Shown here: in pieces, positions 49,215-59,463 of the stretch
Numbering within the stretch: the stretch's first letter is position 1
Layout of the letters: the number at the start of each line of letters is the position of its first letter
Notes under the pieces: generated by a model
Told to the model about the DNA's origin: nothing
Databases searched by the model: none
Seen by the model: the letters and a program-made list of their open reading frames with translations, nothing else
Source: Tolypothrix carrinoi HA7290-LM1
Lineage (GTDB): Bacteria; Cyanobacteriota; Cyanobacteriia; Cyanobacteriales; Nostocaceae
Reading direction: 5' to 3'
NCBI GenBank assembly: GCA_019358935.1
Contig: JAHHIK010000038.1
Location: 1 to 64,000, forward strand
Length of the DNA stretch: 64,000 nt
Position numbers and translations under genes: made by a program

Positions 49215-49955
49215 TTAACTCACACATGAGGGAGAGGCAATAAATGTCCAACTTGCCCTGTATGTTCCAGCGAACTTACTTGAATAGTCAGTAAAGCCAT
49301 CCTGAACAAACCACTCAGGAATCACTTTTTGCTGTGCAATTTTTTTTTCCAAACCGATCTGTAGGGACAGATTCTCGTAAACAATGTTTGCCTTCGCAGT
49401 TGACAGCATTTTTTCTACTAACTTTTGTAGCCATTCCCCTCGAACAAACAGACTATGATCTGGATGGTTGCCATAACTAAATCCGACAATTATGACTAGA
49501 TATCCTTTGTCGCTTATTATCTTGTCCAGACAAAATTGAATAATTTCCTGCTCATCCTTGTGTTGTTCGCTTTCCTTATCAACGGTATGATATATCATCC
49601 CGCATAGCACCACTGCATCAAACTTTTTATTTTCTGTAGCAAGTTGACGCAGAAATACCCATAAGTCTGAGCAGACAAAGGTTCTATTAGGGTATTGCTT
49701 TAAACAGTAATTAATTGAATATTCACTGTGATCTACCCCAACGTACTCGCATTGAGAAGGTAGATATTTGAGCAAAGCCCCATTCGCACAGCCGAGATCC
49801 AACAAAGAGAATGACCTTTCTTTAAAAGCATCCTCGATAAAATCCATGAAGAGTGTATAACGGGTAGCATTTTCCGGCTGTTCCAAGTAGGAAAAATAGT
49901 CTGAGCGAAAACGTTCTTCTTCAGACATTTTGCGTTCCGGGTAATTATCTTCCAT
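49215..49955 (-). CDS. Class I SAM-dependent methyltransferase
   Basis: LLDLGCANG, YVGVD, KFDAVV. Confidence 0.85.
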   Translation of the reverse strand: MEDNYPERKMSEEERFRSDYFSYLEQPENATRYTLFMDFIEDAFKERSFSLLDLGCANGALLKYLPSQCEYVGVDHSEYSINYCLKQYPNRTFVCSDLWVFLRQLATENKKFDAVVLCGMIYHTVDKESEQHKDEQEIIQFCLDKIISDKGYLVIIVGFSYGNHPDHSLFVRGEWLQKLVEKMLSTAKANIVYENLSLQIGLEKKIAQQKVIPEWFVQDGFTDYSSKFAGTYRASWTFIASPSCVS

Positions 49956-50192
49956 ATCGGTCAGGATGTCAAATGAATGGTGTAAAGAGCAAAAACTTGT
50001 AAACTACCTTCTCGGTAAAATTCTATTGATGGGTAAAATTTTCGCCCAACCATAGGCGCATAGTCAAGGAAATTCTACCAAAATTGACCAAATTGCCTCA
50101 CCCCATTAGGAGCCACTTGGCTACCTACTGTAGATTGATGTTACTTATAGGTTGAGGATTATAACATTTACTTAGTACAGCATTTCATTAAA

Positions 50193-50381
50193 TTGCTTGT
50201 GCATCCCGATGCAATGCTTGTGCATCCCGATGCAATGCTTGTGCATCCCGATGCAATGCTTGTGCATCCCGATGCAATGCTTGTGCATCCCGATGCAATG
50301 CTTATGCATCCCGATGCAATGCTTGTGCATCCCGATGCAATGCTTGTGCATCCCGATGCAATGCTTATGCATCCCGATGCA
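50193..50381. repeat. Tandem array of nine 21-bp palindrome-containing units (TGCTTGTGCATCCCGATGCAA)
   Basis: Units nearly identical (two G>A variants), no spacers. Confidence 0.95.
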
Positions 50382-50448
50382 TTTCAAAACACGCTCGTTT
50401 TTAGGCAAAAGTGATTCTATATAAACCAAGACAACGTAAGGGGGATTT

Positions 50449-51165
50449 ATGACTGATATCAAAATCGCTGATTTGCAATCAGTATCGGGAGCAAACAAAT
50501 TATCTCATAGCCTCATCTATACTATAGAAAAAATTAATTCTATAAATGTAGATAATTTCGATAAATTCTTTAACAATCTTCCTGCCGATCCTTATTTAGA
50601 TGGCAATTATCGCTTTAGAAGATTATCTCGTTTCCAAGTCAATGGTAATTCGCTAATCAAGCTACCTCATAAATACTTCTTCCAAAGCCAACAATACAAC
50701 TCATTGCTAGGTGAGGTAAAAAGAGAATATCCAGAATTAGATGATGGAATTATAGAACTTGATGATTTTAGAAATCTTATCTTAGCATTTGTTGAGAAAA
50801 GCAAACTTAATACTACTGAAGAAATTAAAATAAACGTTCATCAGTTTAGAATTATATGTGACTCATCCAACTATGGAGAGCCAGCACCTGAAGGTATACA
50901 TAGAGATGCCGTTGATATTGTGGGTATTTTCTCAGTAAAAAGAGAAAATATCCAAGGTGGAGAAACACATCTATATAAATCAAAAAAGGGAAATCCAGTT
51001 TTATCGAAAATCTTGAATCCAGGTGAATTGTTAGTGTTCAACGATCAGAAATTTTTTCATTTTACTACTGCCATTAAACCTAGCTCAAAAGATGTAGGTA
51101 TAAGAGACGTTTTTGTTCTGACTTTTCCAGCTTGGGAAAAAGTACCAACTAAAGAAGTAGAATAA
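50449..51165 (+). CDS. 2OG-Fe(II) dioxygenase (BsmA / isoleucine-dioxygenase-like family)
   Basis: LPADPY...YRFRR, PEGIHRD (HxD), distal H in FFHFTT, RDV. Confidence 0.85.
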   Translation: MTDIKIADLQSVSGANKLSHSLIYTIEKINSINVDNFDKFFNNLPADPYLDGNYRFRRLSRFQVNGNSLIKLPHKYFFQSQQYNSLLGEVKREYPELDDGIIELDDFRNLILAFVEKSKLNTTEEIKINVHQFRIICDSSNYGEPAPEGIHRDAVDIVGIFSVKRENIQGGETHLYKSKKGNPVLSKILNPGELLVFNDQKFFHFTTAIKPSSKDVGIRDVFVLTFPAWEKVPTKEVE

Positions 51166-51279
51166 GCTCTTTATTACTTGCCGATCGCCCATTTTTTCGG
51201 AAGTGAGAAAATTATCCTCAGGGATAAAAAATTCACTTGTCAGTTGAGTGTAAATATCAATTCTGAGTATCACCCGGTC

Positions 51280-51402
51280 ATACCAATTCTATGTGAGGTT
51301 GCGCTTTATTTAGGTAGGGGCAATTCATGAATTGCCCCTACTGAGTGCGTTCATAGCGCGTGCGTAATTTCTATAGACGCATCTTCAAGCCAGAATTGGT
51401 AT
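51280..51402. mobile_element. MITE with ATACCAATTCT TIRs and an internal REP-like palindrome
   Basis: TIRs at 51280-51290 and 51392-51402; GTAGGGGCAATTCATGAATTGCCCCTAC inside. Confidence 0.6.
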
Positions 51403-51449
51403 CAGGTCAATGCGTAAGTCCTATAATGATTAGAGAAAATTATTCATAA

Positions 51450-52475
51450 ATGGGAGCATTTAAGTTGCGGCTTCCGGGACTAGGAAAAATTATTGAAAGC
51501 GATCGCCTAATCATAGCTACACTACTTCTAACTATCGCCTTGATTATAATCGTCGGCATTTCCCTATCATTTGGAGCAGTATCAATGACGACTGCTCAAA
51601 TATGGCAAGCACTGACAAAAACAGGCGATCCGTTGAATCAAACAATTATTTGGGACTTGCGTTTACCGCGCACTTTAGCAGCAGTTTTAGTGGGTGCAGC
51701 TTTGGGAATGTCTGGTTCACTGCTGCAAGGGATGTTACGTAACGGACTAGCCGACCCCTTTTTACTCGGTATTTCTGCGGGTGCGGGTTTATTTGCTATA
51801 ACCATGTTAAGCTTCGGAGTCTTTTTGAGTTGGATTCCCTTAGCAGCTTGGGTAGGCGGCTTATTGACAACAATTATTGTTTATTTTTTAGCTCGCAGTC
51901 GTGAAGGTATATCAATTGAGCGGTTAATTTTGGGTGGAGTTGCCGTCAGTTCTCTATTTGGTGCGATTCAATCTGTATTATTATTGATGGCAGAAGATGG
52001 TAGAATACAAACTGCCCTAAGTTGGTTAATTGGCAGTTTGAATGGGCGGGGATGGAATGAAGTGACGGTGGCTGGAGCTTATATTAGCGTAGCCTTGTTA
52101 TTGGGATGCTTGCTAGCGCGTGCCGTCAACTTGTTGAATTTGGGTGATGAATTAGCAGTCAGTTTGGGAGTAAACTTATTGCGCGATCGCATTTTAATCG
52201 GTGGTGTCGCTACACTTCTAGCCGCCGGTGCAGTCAGCGTTGGTGGATTAATCGGCTTCGTCGGCTTAATTGTACCTCACGGTATCCGCCTTCTCGTCGG
52301 TACAGATTACCGCGCAGTTTTGCCATTAAGCGCTATTGGTGGTGCTTTAGTTCTCACCGCAGCCGATTTGCTTTCGCGCTTGGGTGCGGTAGAATTGCCC
52401 GTTGGTGCAGTTACCGCTTTACTAGGTTCACCTTTATTTATTTGGTTGTTATACAATCGAAAATCTGGAATTTGA
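51450..52475 (+). CDS. FecCD/BtuC-family iron-chelate ABC permease
   Basis: LRLPR, RN.LADP..LG, A.SLGV, GFVGLIVPH. Confidence 0.93.
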   Translation: MGAFKLRLPGLGKIIESDRLIIATLLLTIALIIIVGISLSFGAVSMTTAQIWQALTKTGDPLNQTIIWDLRLPRTLAAVLVGAALGMSGSLLQGMLRNGLADPFLLGISAGAGLFAITMLSFGVFLSWIPLAAWVGGLLTTIIVYFLARSREGISIERLILGGVAVSSLFGAIQSVLLLMAEDGRIQTALSWLIGSLNGRGWNEVTVAGAYISVALLLGCLLARAVNLLNLGDELAVSLGVNLLRDRILIGGVATLLAAGAVSVGGLIGFVGLIVPHGIRLLVGTDYRAVLPLSAIGGALVLTAADLLSRLGAVELPVGAVTALLGSPLFIWLLYNRKSGI

Positions 52476-52793
52476 AGAGTTGGTGGATGGTGGATAGTGG
52501 TTAGTGGATAGTGGTTAGTGGTTGGTGGATAGTTGTTAGTGGTTGGTGGATAGTTGTTAGTGGTTGGTGGATAGTTGTTAGTGGTTGGTGGATAGTGGAT
52601 AGTGGATAGTGGGAATTTGAAGAGGGGAAAAGGGGAAAGGGAAAAGGGGAAAGGGGAAAAGAATTATTACCAATGCCCATTGCCCAATGCCCAATGCCCA
52701 ATGCCCAACAACTATCAACTATCAAATAACAACCAACAACCAACAACTATCAACTAACAACTAACAAATAACAACCAACAACCAACAAATAAG

Positions 52794-53570
52794 ATGCTTC
52801 TAGAAACACAAAATCTCATCGGTGGTTACACTAAACCAATTATCCATGAAATCAGCCTAACAGTAAAAACAGGAGAATGGTTGAGTTTAGTTGGTGCAAA
52901 CGGTTCCGGAAAATCGACACTATTAAAACTTATCAGTCGGTTACTCAAACCACAACAGGGAACTGTATTGTTAGATGGTAAAGCCATTCACAGTCAACCC
53001 GCGTCAATTGTGGCGCAAAAGTTAGCATTATTACCACAACAGCAAACAATTCCCAGTGGTTTGACGGTGCGGCAGTTGGTATCATTAGGACGTACACCGT
53101 ATCAACCTTGGTGGCAATACTCACTTCAGCCAGAAGATAAAGCCAAAGTAGAAATGGCATTGCAGTTAACACGGATGGATGAATATAGCGATCGCTTTGT
53201 CGAAGAATTATCAGGAGGAGAACGACAACGTGCATTTTTAGCACTTGCTTTAGCTCAAGATCCGCAAATTTTGCTCTTAGATGAACCCACAACTTATTTA
53301 GATATTCGCTATCAACTCGAATTACTCGAACTACTCAAACAACTAAATCAACAGCATTTAACCATCATTACAGTTTTGCACGATGTCAATTTAGCAGCAA
53401 GATACAGCACACGGCTTGCACTTTTATCTCAAGGAAGAATTTTTGCTATCGGAAAACCCAAAGAAATATTAACACCCGCAAATTTAGCTGATGTTTTGGG
53501 AGTAGAAGTTGTAATTCTAGAAACACCAGTAGGTTTGCAGATTTGTCCTTTAGCAGCAATGAACGATTAA
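52794..53570 (+). CDS. Iron-chelate ABC transporter ATP-binding protein
   Basis: GANGSGKST, LSGGERQR, DEPTTYLD, HDVNLA. Confidence 0.93.
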   Translation: MLLETQNLIGGYTKPIIHEISLTVKTGEWLSLVGANGSGKSTLLKLISRLLKPQQGTVLLDGKAIHSQPASIVAQKLALLPQQQTIPSGLTVRQLVSLGRTPYQPWWQYSLQPEDKAKVEMALQLTRMDEYSDRFVEELSGGERQRAFLALALAQDPQILLLDEPTTYLDIRYQLELLELLKQLNQQHLTIITVLHDVNLAARYSTRLALLSQGRIFAIGKPKEILTPANLADVLGVEVVILETPVGLQICPLAAMND

Positions 53571-53857
53571 GCTGTATAATTATTGGATGTATTAGTTTAT
53601 TTTATGTCTAATTGGACACTTCCTTGAATATGATAATATTTGCCTATATGTTATTTACAAGACAAGTGTTTTTTACAAAATAAAACTATTATGAGAGAAA
53701 GATTTTTCAATAAACCTTGTATAGAACCAGGCGAGTACCACAGTCAGATTTCCTAAGAAAATTTGACATATGTTTACTCGCCCTTTTTTATATCCATTCA
53801 TATACAATAAAACAGAAATCAAAATTATATAACAATCCTAAATAATTCCTGAAACTT

Positions 53858-54066
53858 TCTCCTTCCTCCTCCTCTGTGCTCTCTCTCTTGAAAAGGTCTG
53901 ATGCCTTCGGCAACCCCTTCGGGGAACGGAGGAAACCTCCGCTCAACGCCAGTTCGCCCAAGTCAAGCCAGTGCGTTGCGGGGGTTCCCCCCGTTGTAGC
54001 ACCTGGCGCGGGAAACCCGCCCAAGCGACTGGCTCGACTTTTCGCTGCTTCCTCTGCGGTTCGTTT
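53858..54066. repeat. Multiply nested palindromic repeat
   Basis: Equals the 24660-24752 element plus insertions at 53903-53926 and 53946-54035. Confidence 0.8.
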
Positions 54067-54072
54067 AAAAAC

Positions 54073-54951
54073 ATGTATAATCGTTGCATCTCATCAATTC
54101 TCACAATATTATTAAGCTTCCTCTTGCTTGCTTGCAGCACCGCAACCACACAGCAACCACCAGCCACAAACATAAATCAAAACACATCAGCCAAAAAAGT
54201 AGTCGCTCTCAGCTCGCTGGCAGCAGACATTATATCTCAACTTGACCAAACAAAACTTGTCGGCATTACAGGAAGCAAATTATTTAAAGATAATCCGCAA
54301 TTCCAAAAACTTCCTCGCGTCAGTGAAGGACAAAATCCGCCTAATTTAGAAAAAATAGTCGCACTCAAACCAGATTTAGTAATTGGTGCAGAAGGATTTT
54401 CTAATCAAACAACCGACAAACTCAAGCAACTGGGAATTCCAACATATCTCACCCAAGTAAAGACCTGGGAATCATTACAAGAACTTACCAAAACACTTGC
54501 GAAATCAATTGATGCCGATCCACAGCCATTATTAAACCGCTACAAAACCTTTTTACCAGAAAAGCAAAATCCGACATTATCAACTTTAGTTTTAGTCAGT
54601 CGCCAACCGATTTTAACACCAAATAAAAACAGTTGGGCTGGCGATTTACTCGCGAAATTTTCCACAAAAAATTTGGCAGCTGACTTACAAGGTAACAGTC
54701 CAATTGGGGGATATATAACGCTTTCGGCAGAGAAAGTTTTGCTTTTCAATCCAGATATAATAATTGTTGTAAATCCTCCACAACAAACGGAAGCTGCGCT
54801 TTTAGATGACTTGAAAAAAGAAGCTTTTTGGAAAGAACTAAAAGCGACTAAAAATAACCGAATTTACGTTTTTGATTATTACGGCTTAGTGAATCCTGGT
54901 AGTATAGATGCAATTGAAAAAGCTTGCAAGCAACTGAAGCAGGTTTTATAA
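54073..54951 (+). CDS. Iron-chelate ABC transporter substrate-binding lipoprotein
   Basis: Lipobox LLAC, NLEKIVALKPDLVI, ATKNNRIY. Confidence 0.9.
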   Translation: MYNRCISSILTILLSFLLLACSTATTQQPPATNINQNTSAKKVVALSSLAADIISQLDQTKLVGITGSKLFKDNPQFQKLPRVSEGQNPPNLEKIVALKPDLVIGAEGFSNQTTDKLKQLGIPTYLTQVKTWESLQELTKTLAKSIDADPQPLLNRYKTFLPEKQNPTLSTLVLVSRQPILTPNKNSWAGDLLAKFSTKNLAADLQGNSPIGGYITLSAEKVLLFNPDIIIVVNPPQQTEAALLDDLKKEAFWKELKATKNNRIYVFDYYGLVNPGSIDAIEKACKQLKQVL

Positions 54952-55421
54952 ATCGTAGTAAGCGATTCATCGCTTTTATAAGCACTTTAGTGCTTACTAC
55001 GAGTTTAAATTTATATTAAGTTTTAACAGAAAATCGCAATTAATATTTACACAACGCTCAGTTCTGTAACAATTATTTGAAAATACCGTTTCCAATGGTA
55101 TAAATTAGGACTTAGACACTTGATAAATAGCTTGGCTTGGTATCGGTAAGCCTTGCACTTGCTGTTGTTCAACCACATATTTAGAAACCCGGTTTCTCTA
55201 AGAAACCGGGTTTCTGGACACCAGGCATTATATAAAGTGCATAATTTGATGTGCTGATGCCTATTGAGAATGTATAAGCAAAGCTTTACTTTCCTAAACG
55301 CAAAAAGGTAGGTTAAAACTAAAGCGGAAGCAGAATACAGACAACTTTTAATATTGCTACAAGAAAAATGCAACCGTAGCAAAACTACGATGTCAAAAAA
55401 GTTTCATGAAGTAGGGTAAAT

Positions 55422-58400
55422 ATGGCTAACAACATCTACGCACTTTTGGTTGGTATTGACGAATACGATCCGGAATCTACACCGCAAGTTCCCTCATTAA
55501 AAGGTTGCGTTAACGACATCAAAGCTGTGGAAGCTTATCTGCGCGATCGCATCACTAAAGATGGAAAATGGCAACTAGTTGAACCGACTAACCAATCTTG
55601 GATACTCACCAATGAACAAGCTACTCGTCAAGCAGTGATCGACGGCTTTTTACAGCATCTGTGCTCTTCAGACAGTGAAGATGTAGTCTTGTTTTATTAT
55701 GCAGGTCATGGCGCTCAAGAGAAAGCACCACAAGAATTTTGGCATTTAGAGGCAGACCATTTAGATGAAAGTTTAGTTTGCTACGATAGCCGTACAGAAA
55801 ATAGTCGAGACTTAGCAGATAAAGAAATAGCCTATCTAATCTCGAAAGTTGCAGAGAATAACCCTCACGTTGTCATCATTCTCGACTGCTGTCACTCCGG
55901 TTCGGGAACCAGAGATTTATCACCAGAAATTAGAGTGCGTCGTTCTCCGGTAGACTCCAGAGAACGTCCATTAAGCAGCTTTATTTTTGCCGAAGACACA
56001 ACAGCATTGAATGAATTGTTGAATTCTTCGCGCAGCTTGGAGCAGAAAACAACTGGTGTAACATTGCCTAAAGGCAAACACGTCATGTTTTCCGCTTGTC
56101 GTGATTATGAGTTAGCAAAAGAATACAAAGGAGAAGACGGTCAACCGAGAGGAGCTTTTTCTTACTTTTTATTGCAAACTCTCCAGCGGACTAATAATAG
56201 CATTACCTATCGAGATTTAGCGAGAAATCTCAATGCGTTGGTAAGTGGTAAAGTGAAGGAACAATCACCGCAAGTCGAAGCCACAGATTCAAAAGATTTA
56301 GACCAACCTTTCTTAGGTGGTGCAATCAAAGAACGTCCCAACTACTTTACCTTGACCCGCAGCCAAAACGATAATAGCTGGGTAATTGACGCAGGTGCTA
56401 TTTCTGGTATCCCGAAACCGTCTAAGGATGGAGACACTTTATTAGCAATATTTCCCGCTGCAAGTACTCCAGAACAATTAACTAAACTGGACCAAGCTTT
56501 AGGGGAAGCGCAAGTTATGCAAGTGCTGCCACAAAAGAGTAAAGTCAAAATTCTCAGTGGTAGCGTAAGCTTATCTCCAACTGAAACTTATTGGGCGATC
56601 GTTACTAACATACCATTGCCGCCTCTAAAAATTTACATCAGAAGCGAAGACAGCGAAAAAGCAGGTTTAGAACTCGTAAAACAAGCACTACAAACATCTG
56701 CACCCAATTCCAAACCTTCCTTATACGTCAGTTTAGTAGAAGACCCAAAAGAGGCAGATTACGATTTACTAATTCGTAAAGGTCAGTATTGGATTACACA
56801 GCCTAACGATCAACGTCCGCTAATTGCTCCGATTCCCGAAAACTCGACACAAGCCGGTTATACCTCGGAAAATGCTCGTGAAGTAGTTGTTCGTTTAGAA
56901 CATATTGCCCGGTGGACAAACATTCTCGAACTTTCCACCCCTGCAACTAGTAGCGTTAAAGCCGATGATGTAGAGATGGAAATCAGCGTCCTTTCCGGAC
57001 GACAAGAAACTTCGCTTAGTGGTGATGACAAAATAGCATCAGAAATGCGGCTAGAGTATACCTATGAAAATGATGAATGGGTAAAGCCAACTATCCAAAT
57101 CAAACTCACTAATAATAGCAATAAACCACTTTATTGCAATGTATTAGACCTTGCAGAAAGTTACTCTATATCTAGCAACTTGTTAGACGAATTCCAAGCA
57201 AGCAGCTTCAAAATTCCACCCAAAGGTTCAGAAAATAGCAACACTCTCGAAAGTGGCAACCTCGAATTGGTCATCAAAGATGAATATTTAGCATTGGGAA
57301 TTACTGAGTACAAAGATATATTCAAGCTGATAGTCAGCACAAGCGAATTTGATGCGAGTTTGCTACAACAAGATGGATTAAACCCCCCTCCTCCAACTCG
57401 TTCACTTGGAAGAGGTGGCACCCTTGACCGTTTAATGGCAGGGGTAAACAGTCGTGAAGCTGTCAGAGCCGAAGGCAGCTATGATAATTGGATGACTAAG
57501 GAAGTTTCGATTACCATAGTCTGTCCGCAAGAAGCGATCGCAATTCAATCTAATAGCAGCACTGCATTACAAAATGGTGTAGTTGAGGTGCAACCACATC
57601 CGAGTTTGCAAGCAAAAGTTAATCTCACTACTGTACCGCAAGCAAGCAGAGATTTAGGCAATTTGATTTTACCTGCAATTTTGCGGCAACAACCTCGTAT
57701 TACTGAATCCTTTCAATTTACCACCAGCCGAGGTAGCGATCCCGGCTTGAGTGCTTTAGAGTTAAGTGACGTAGCAGACCACACTGTAGTTACACCAGAT
57801 GCACCACTAAAATTACTAGTTGATACTCAATTAGCCGAGAATGAACACCTTTTACCGTTTGCTTATGATGGACAATTTTTCTTACCATTAGGAAGAGGTT
57901 CGCAAGCGATAGATGGCAAAACGGAAATTACTTTAGAAAGATTGCCAAAACCAACAGTTAGTAGTCGCAGCATACACGGTTCAATTCGGATTTTCTTTGA
58001 AAAAATAGTTAGCCAAAAATTAGGAAGTCCATTTGAATATCCAATTTTAGCTATAGCCGATGTAGTTAAAGTTGACAAAAAAGACAAAGTAACCTACGAA
58101 AAAGATAAGGAGATAATTAAAGCGCAAGTAGCGCAAGCAAAAAAAATTATCCTCTACATTCATGGAATTGTTGGGGACACTGCAAGTATGGTTCCCAGTG
58201 TGAATAATGCTTTGGTGGAAGTTGATAAAAAAGAGCTTTCAATTAAAGAGCGTTATGACGTAGTTTTGGCTTTTGACTATGAAAATATCCAAACTACAAT
58301 TCAAGAAAATGCCAAGTTTTTAGGGGAAAAATTGCAAGAAATTGGCTTGGGAGCAAACCACGGTAAACAATTGCATATTGTCGCACATTCAATGGGTGGT

Positions 58401-59258
58401 TTGGTTTCTCGCTGGTTTATTGAGAGACTAGGCGGCAATCAAGTTGTGCAACACTTAGTTATGTTAGGCACACCAAATGCTGGTTCACCTTGGCCCTCTA
58501 TACAGGATTGGGTTTTTACCGCTCTTGGTATCGGGTTGAATCAACTTTCGGCAATAGTTTGGCCCACGAAAATAGTAGCAGATTTACTGAAAGTTCTGGA
58601 AAATAATGATAAATCTCTGGAGCAAATGCAGCCAGATTCACCTATTTTGAAAGAACTTGCCGAAAATCCCGATCCTGGTGTTCCTTATACAATTATTGCC
58701 GGTGACAGGTCGGTGATGGCTGCTGCCAATGCAAAACTTCAAGCAGATAAGCAAATCAATCCACTCAAAGAACTGATGCAGAGGATGTTTGATCCATCTG
58801 TAAATAAAGTTGTAGATATGGCGTTCTTTAGTCAGCCGAATGATATAGCGGTGACTTTGACTTCGATCAAGAGCGTTAATTCTAAGCGTAAGCCTCAACC
58901 AACAATATTATCACCCGACACCGCCTGCGATCACCTCACCTACTTCACCCATCCTGCCGGCTTAACTGCACTATCTAGGGCACTTTACGAATCTCCCCAT
59001 GAAAATCAACCACCAACAGCATCAGCGACAACTGCCAATGTATTAATTATTGAACCCAAAGGAAATACCACACCAAAACCTGCTGAAACTTCTTCACAAA
59101 CCCAAAATCCTCTGCTAATTAGTAGCGCAATTATTACAGGAATTGCATTATTTATAGCAGGAGTTGCTATCTCTATTTTGTCGAACCGTTCTTTGCAACC
59201 ACAGCCAACTAGTCAAACCAGAAACAGTCAGATAGCTGTTAACCAACACTCACTCTGA
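55422..59258 (+). CDS. Caspase-family (C14) protease fused to an alpha/beta-hydrolase (lipase-like) domain with a C-terminal TM anchor
   Basis: ALLVGIDEY, GCVND, FYYAGHG, ILDCCHSG; YIHG, AHSMGG, LGTPNAGS, NDIAV, CDHLTYF; TM LLISSAIITGIALFIAGVAISIL. Confidence 0.9.
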   Translation: MANNIYALLVGIDEYDPESTPQVPSLKGCVNDIKAVEAYLRDRITKDGKWQLVEPTNQSWILTNEQATRQAVIDGFLQHLCSSDSEDVVLFYYAGHGAQEKAPQEFWHLEADHLDESLVCYDSRTENSRDLADKEIAYLISKVAENNPHVVIILDCCHSGSGTRDLSPEIRVRRSPVDSRERPLSSFIFAEDTTALNELLNSSRSLEQKTTGVTLPKGKHVMFSACRDYELAKEYKGEDGQPRGAFSYFLLQTLQRTNNSITYRDLARNLNALVSGKVKEQSPQVEATDSKDLDQPFLGGAIKERPNYFTLTRSQNDNSWVIDAGAISGIPKPSKDGDTLLAIFPAASTPEQLTKLDQALGEAQVMQVLPQKSKVKILSGSVSLSPTETYWAIVTNIPLPPLKIYIRSEDSEKAGLELVKQALQTSAPNSKPSLYVSLVEDPKEADYDLLIRKGQYWITQPNDQRPLIAPIPENSTQAGYTSENAREVVVRLEHIARWTNILELSTPATSSVKADDVEMEISVLSGRQETSLSGDDKIASEMRLEYTYENDEWVKPTIQIKLTNNSNKPLYCNVLDLAESYSISSNLLDEFQASSFKIPPKGSENSNTLESGNLELVIKDEYLALGITEYKDIFKLIVSTSEFDASLLQQDGLNPPPPTRSLGRGGTLDRLMAGVNSREAVRAEGSYDNWMTKEVSITIVCPQEAIAIQSNSSTALQNGVVEVQPHPSLQAKVNLTTVPQASRDLGNLILPAILRQQPRITESFQFTTSRGSDPGLSALELSDVADHTVVTPDAPLKLLVDTQLAENEHLLPFAYDGQFFLPLGRGSQAIDGKTEITLERLPKPTVSSRSIHGSIRIFFEKIVSQKLGSPFEYPILAIADVVKVDKKDKVTYEKDKEIIKAQVAQAKKIILYIHGIVGDTASMVPSVNNALVEVDKKELSIKERYDVVLAFDYENIQTTIQENAKFLGEKLQEIGLGANHGKQLHIVAHSMGGLVSRWFIERLGGNQVVQHLVMLGTPNAGSPWPSIQDWVFTALGIGLNQLSAIVWPTKIVADLLKVLENNDKSLEQMQPDSPILKELAENPDPGVPYTIIAGDRSVMAAANAKLQADKQINPLKELMQRMFDPSVNKVVDMAFFSQPNDIAVTLTSIKSVNSKRKPQPTILSPDTACDHLTYFTHPAGLTALSRALYESPHENQPPTASATTANVLIIEPKGNTTPKPAETSSQTQNPLLISSAIITGIALFIAGVAISILSNRSLQPQPTSQTRNSQIAVNQHSL

Positions 59259-59463
59259 CTAATTTCTACCAACTCCTGATAATTCTCGTTCCCGTGCAGA
59301 GCCAGGGAACGAGAATACTTAACATTACAAACTGTTAAAAATTAATAATTATTTTACCCTTTTTAATTATGAATTATGAATTATGAATTCATAATTAAAA
59401 ATATCCATTTTTTTGTGTAGCTAAAATTAATACACAAGCTCAGAAATTATAAATATTGCATCC

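Noticed and set aside
50193..50381. CRISPR array
   Set aside because: Units are contiguous with no unique spacers, and no cas genes are nearby.
50172..50498. Three overlapping repeat-peptide ORFs as real genes
   Set aside because: They are open simply because the 21-bp unit has no stop in those frames; no independent support.
51170..51450. Cobalamin riboswitch or Fur box upstream of the FecCD/BtuC permease
   Set aside because: The region is explained by MITE termini, and no convincing B12 box or Fur consensus was seen, so the substrate is left unspecified.
53971..54072. Extended N-terminus of the substrate-binding protein
   Set aside because: It derives from the nested repeat; ATG 54073 gives a normal lipoprotein signal.
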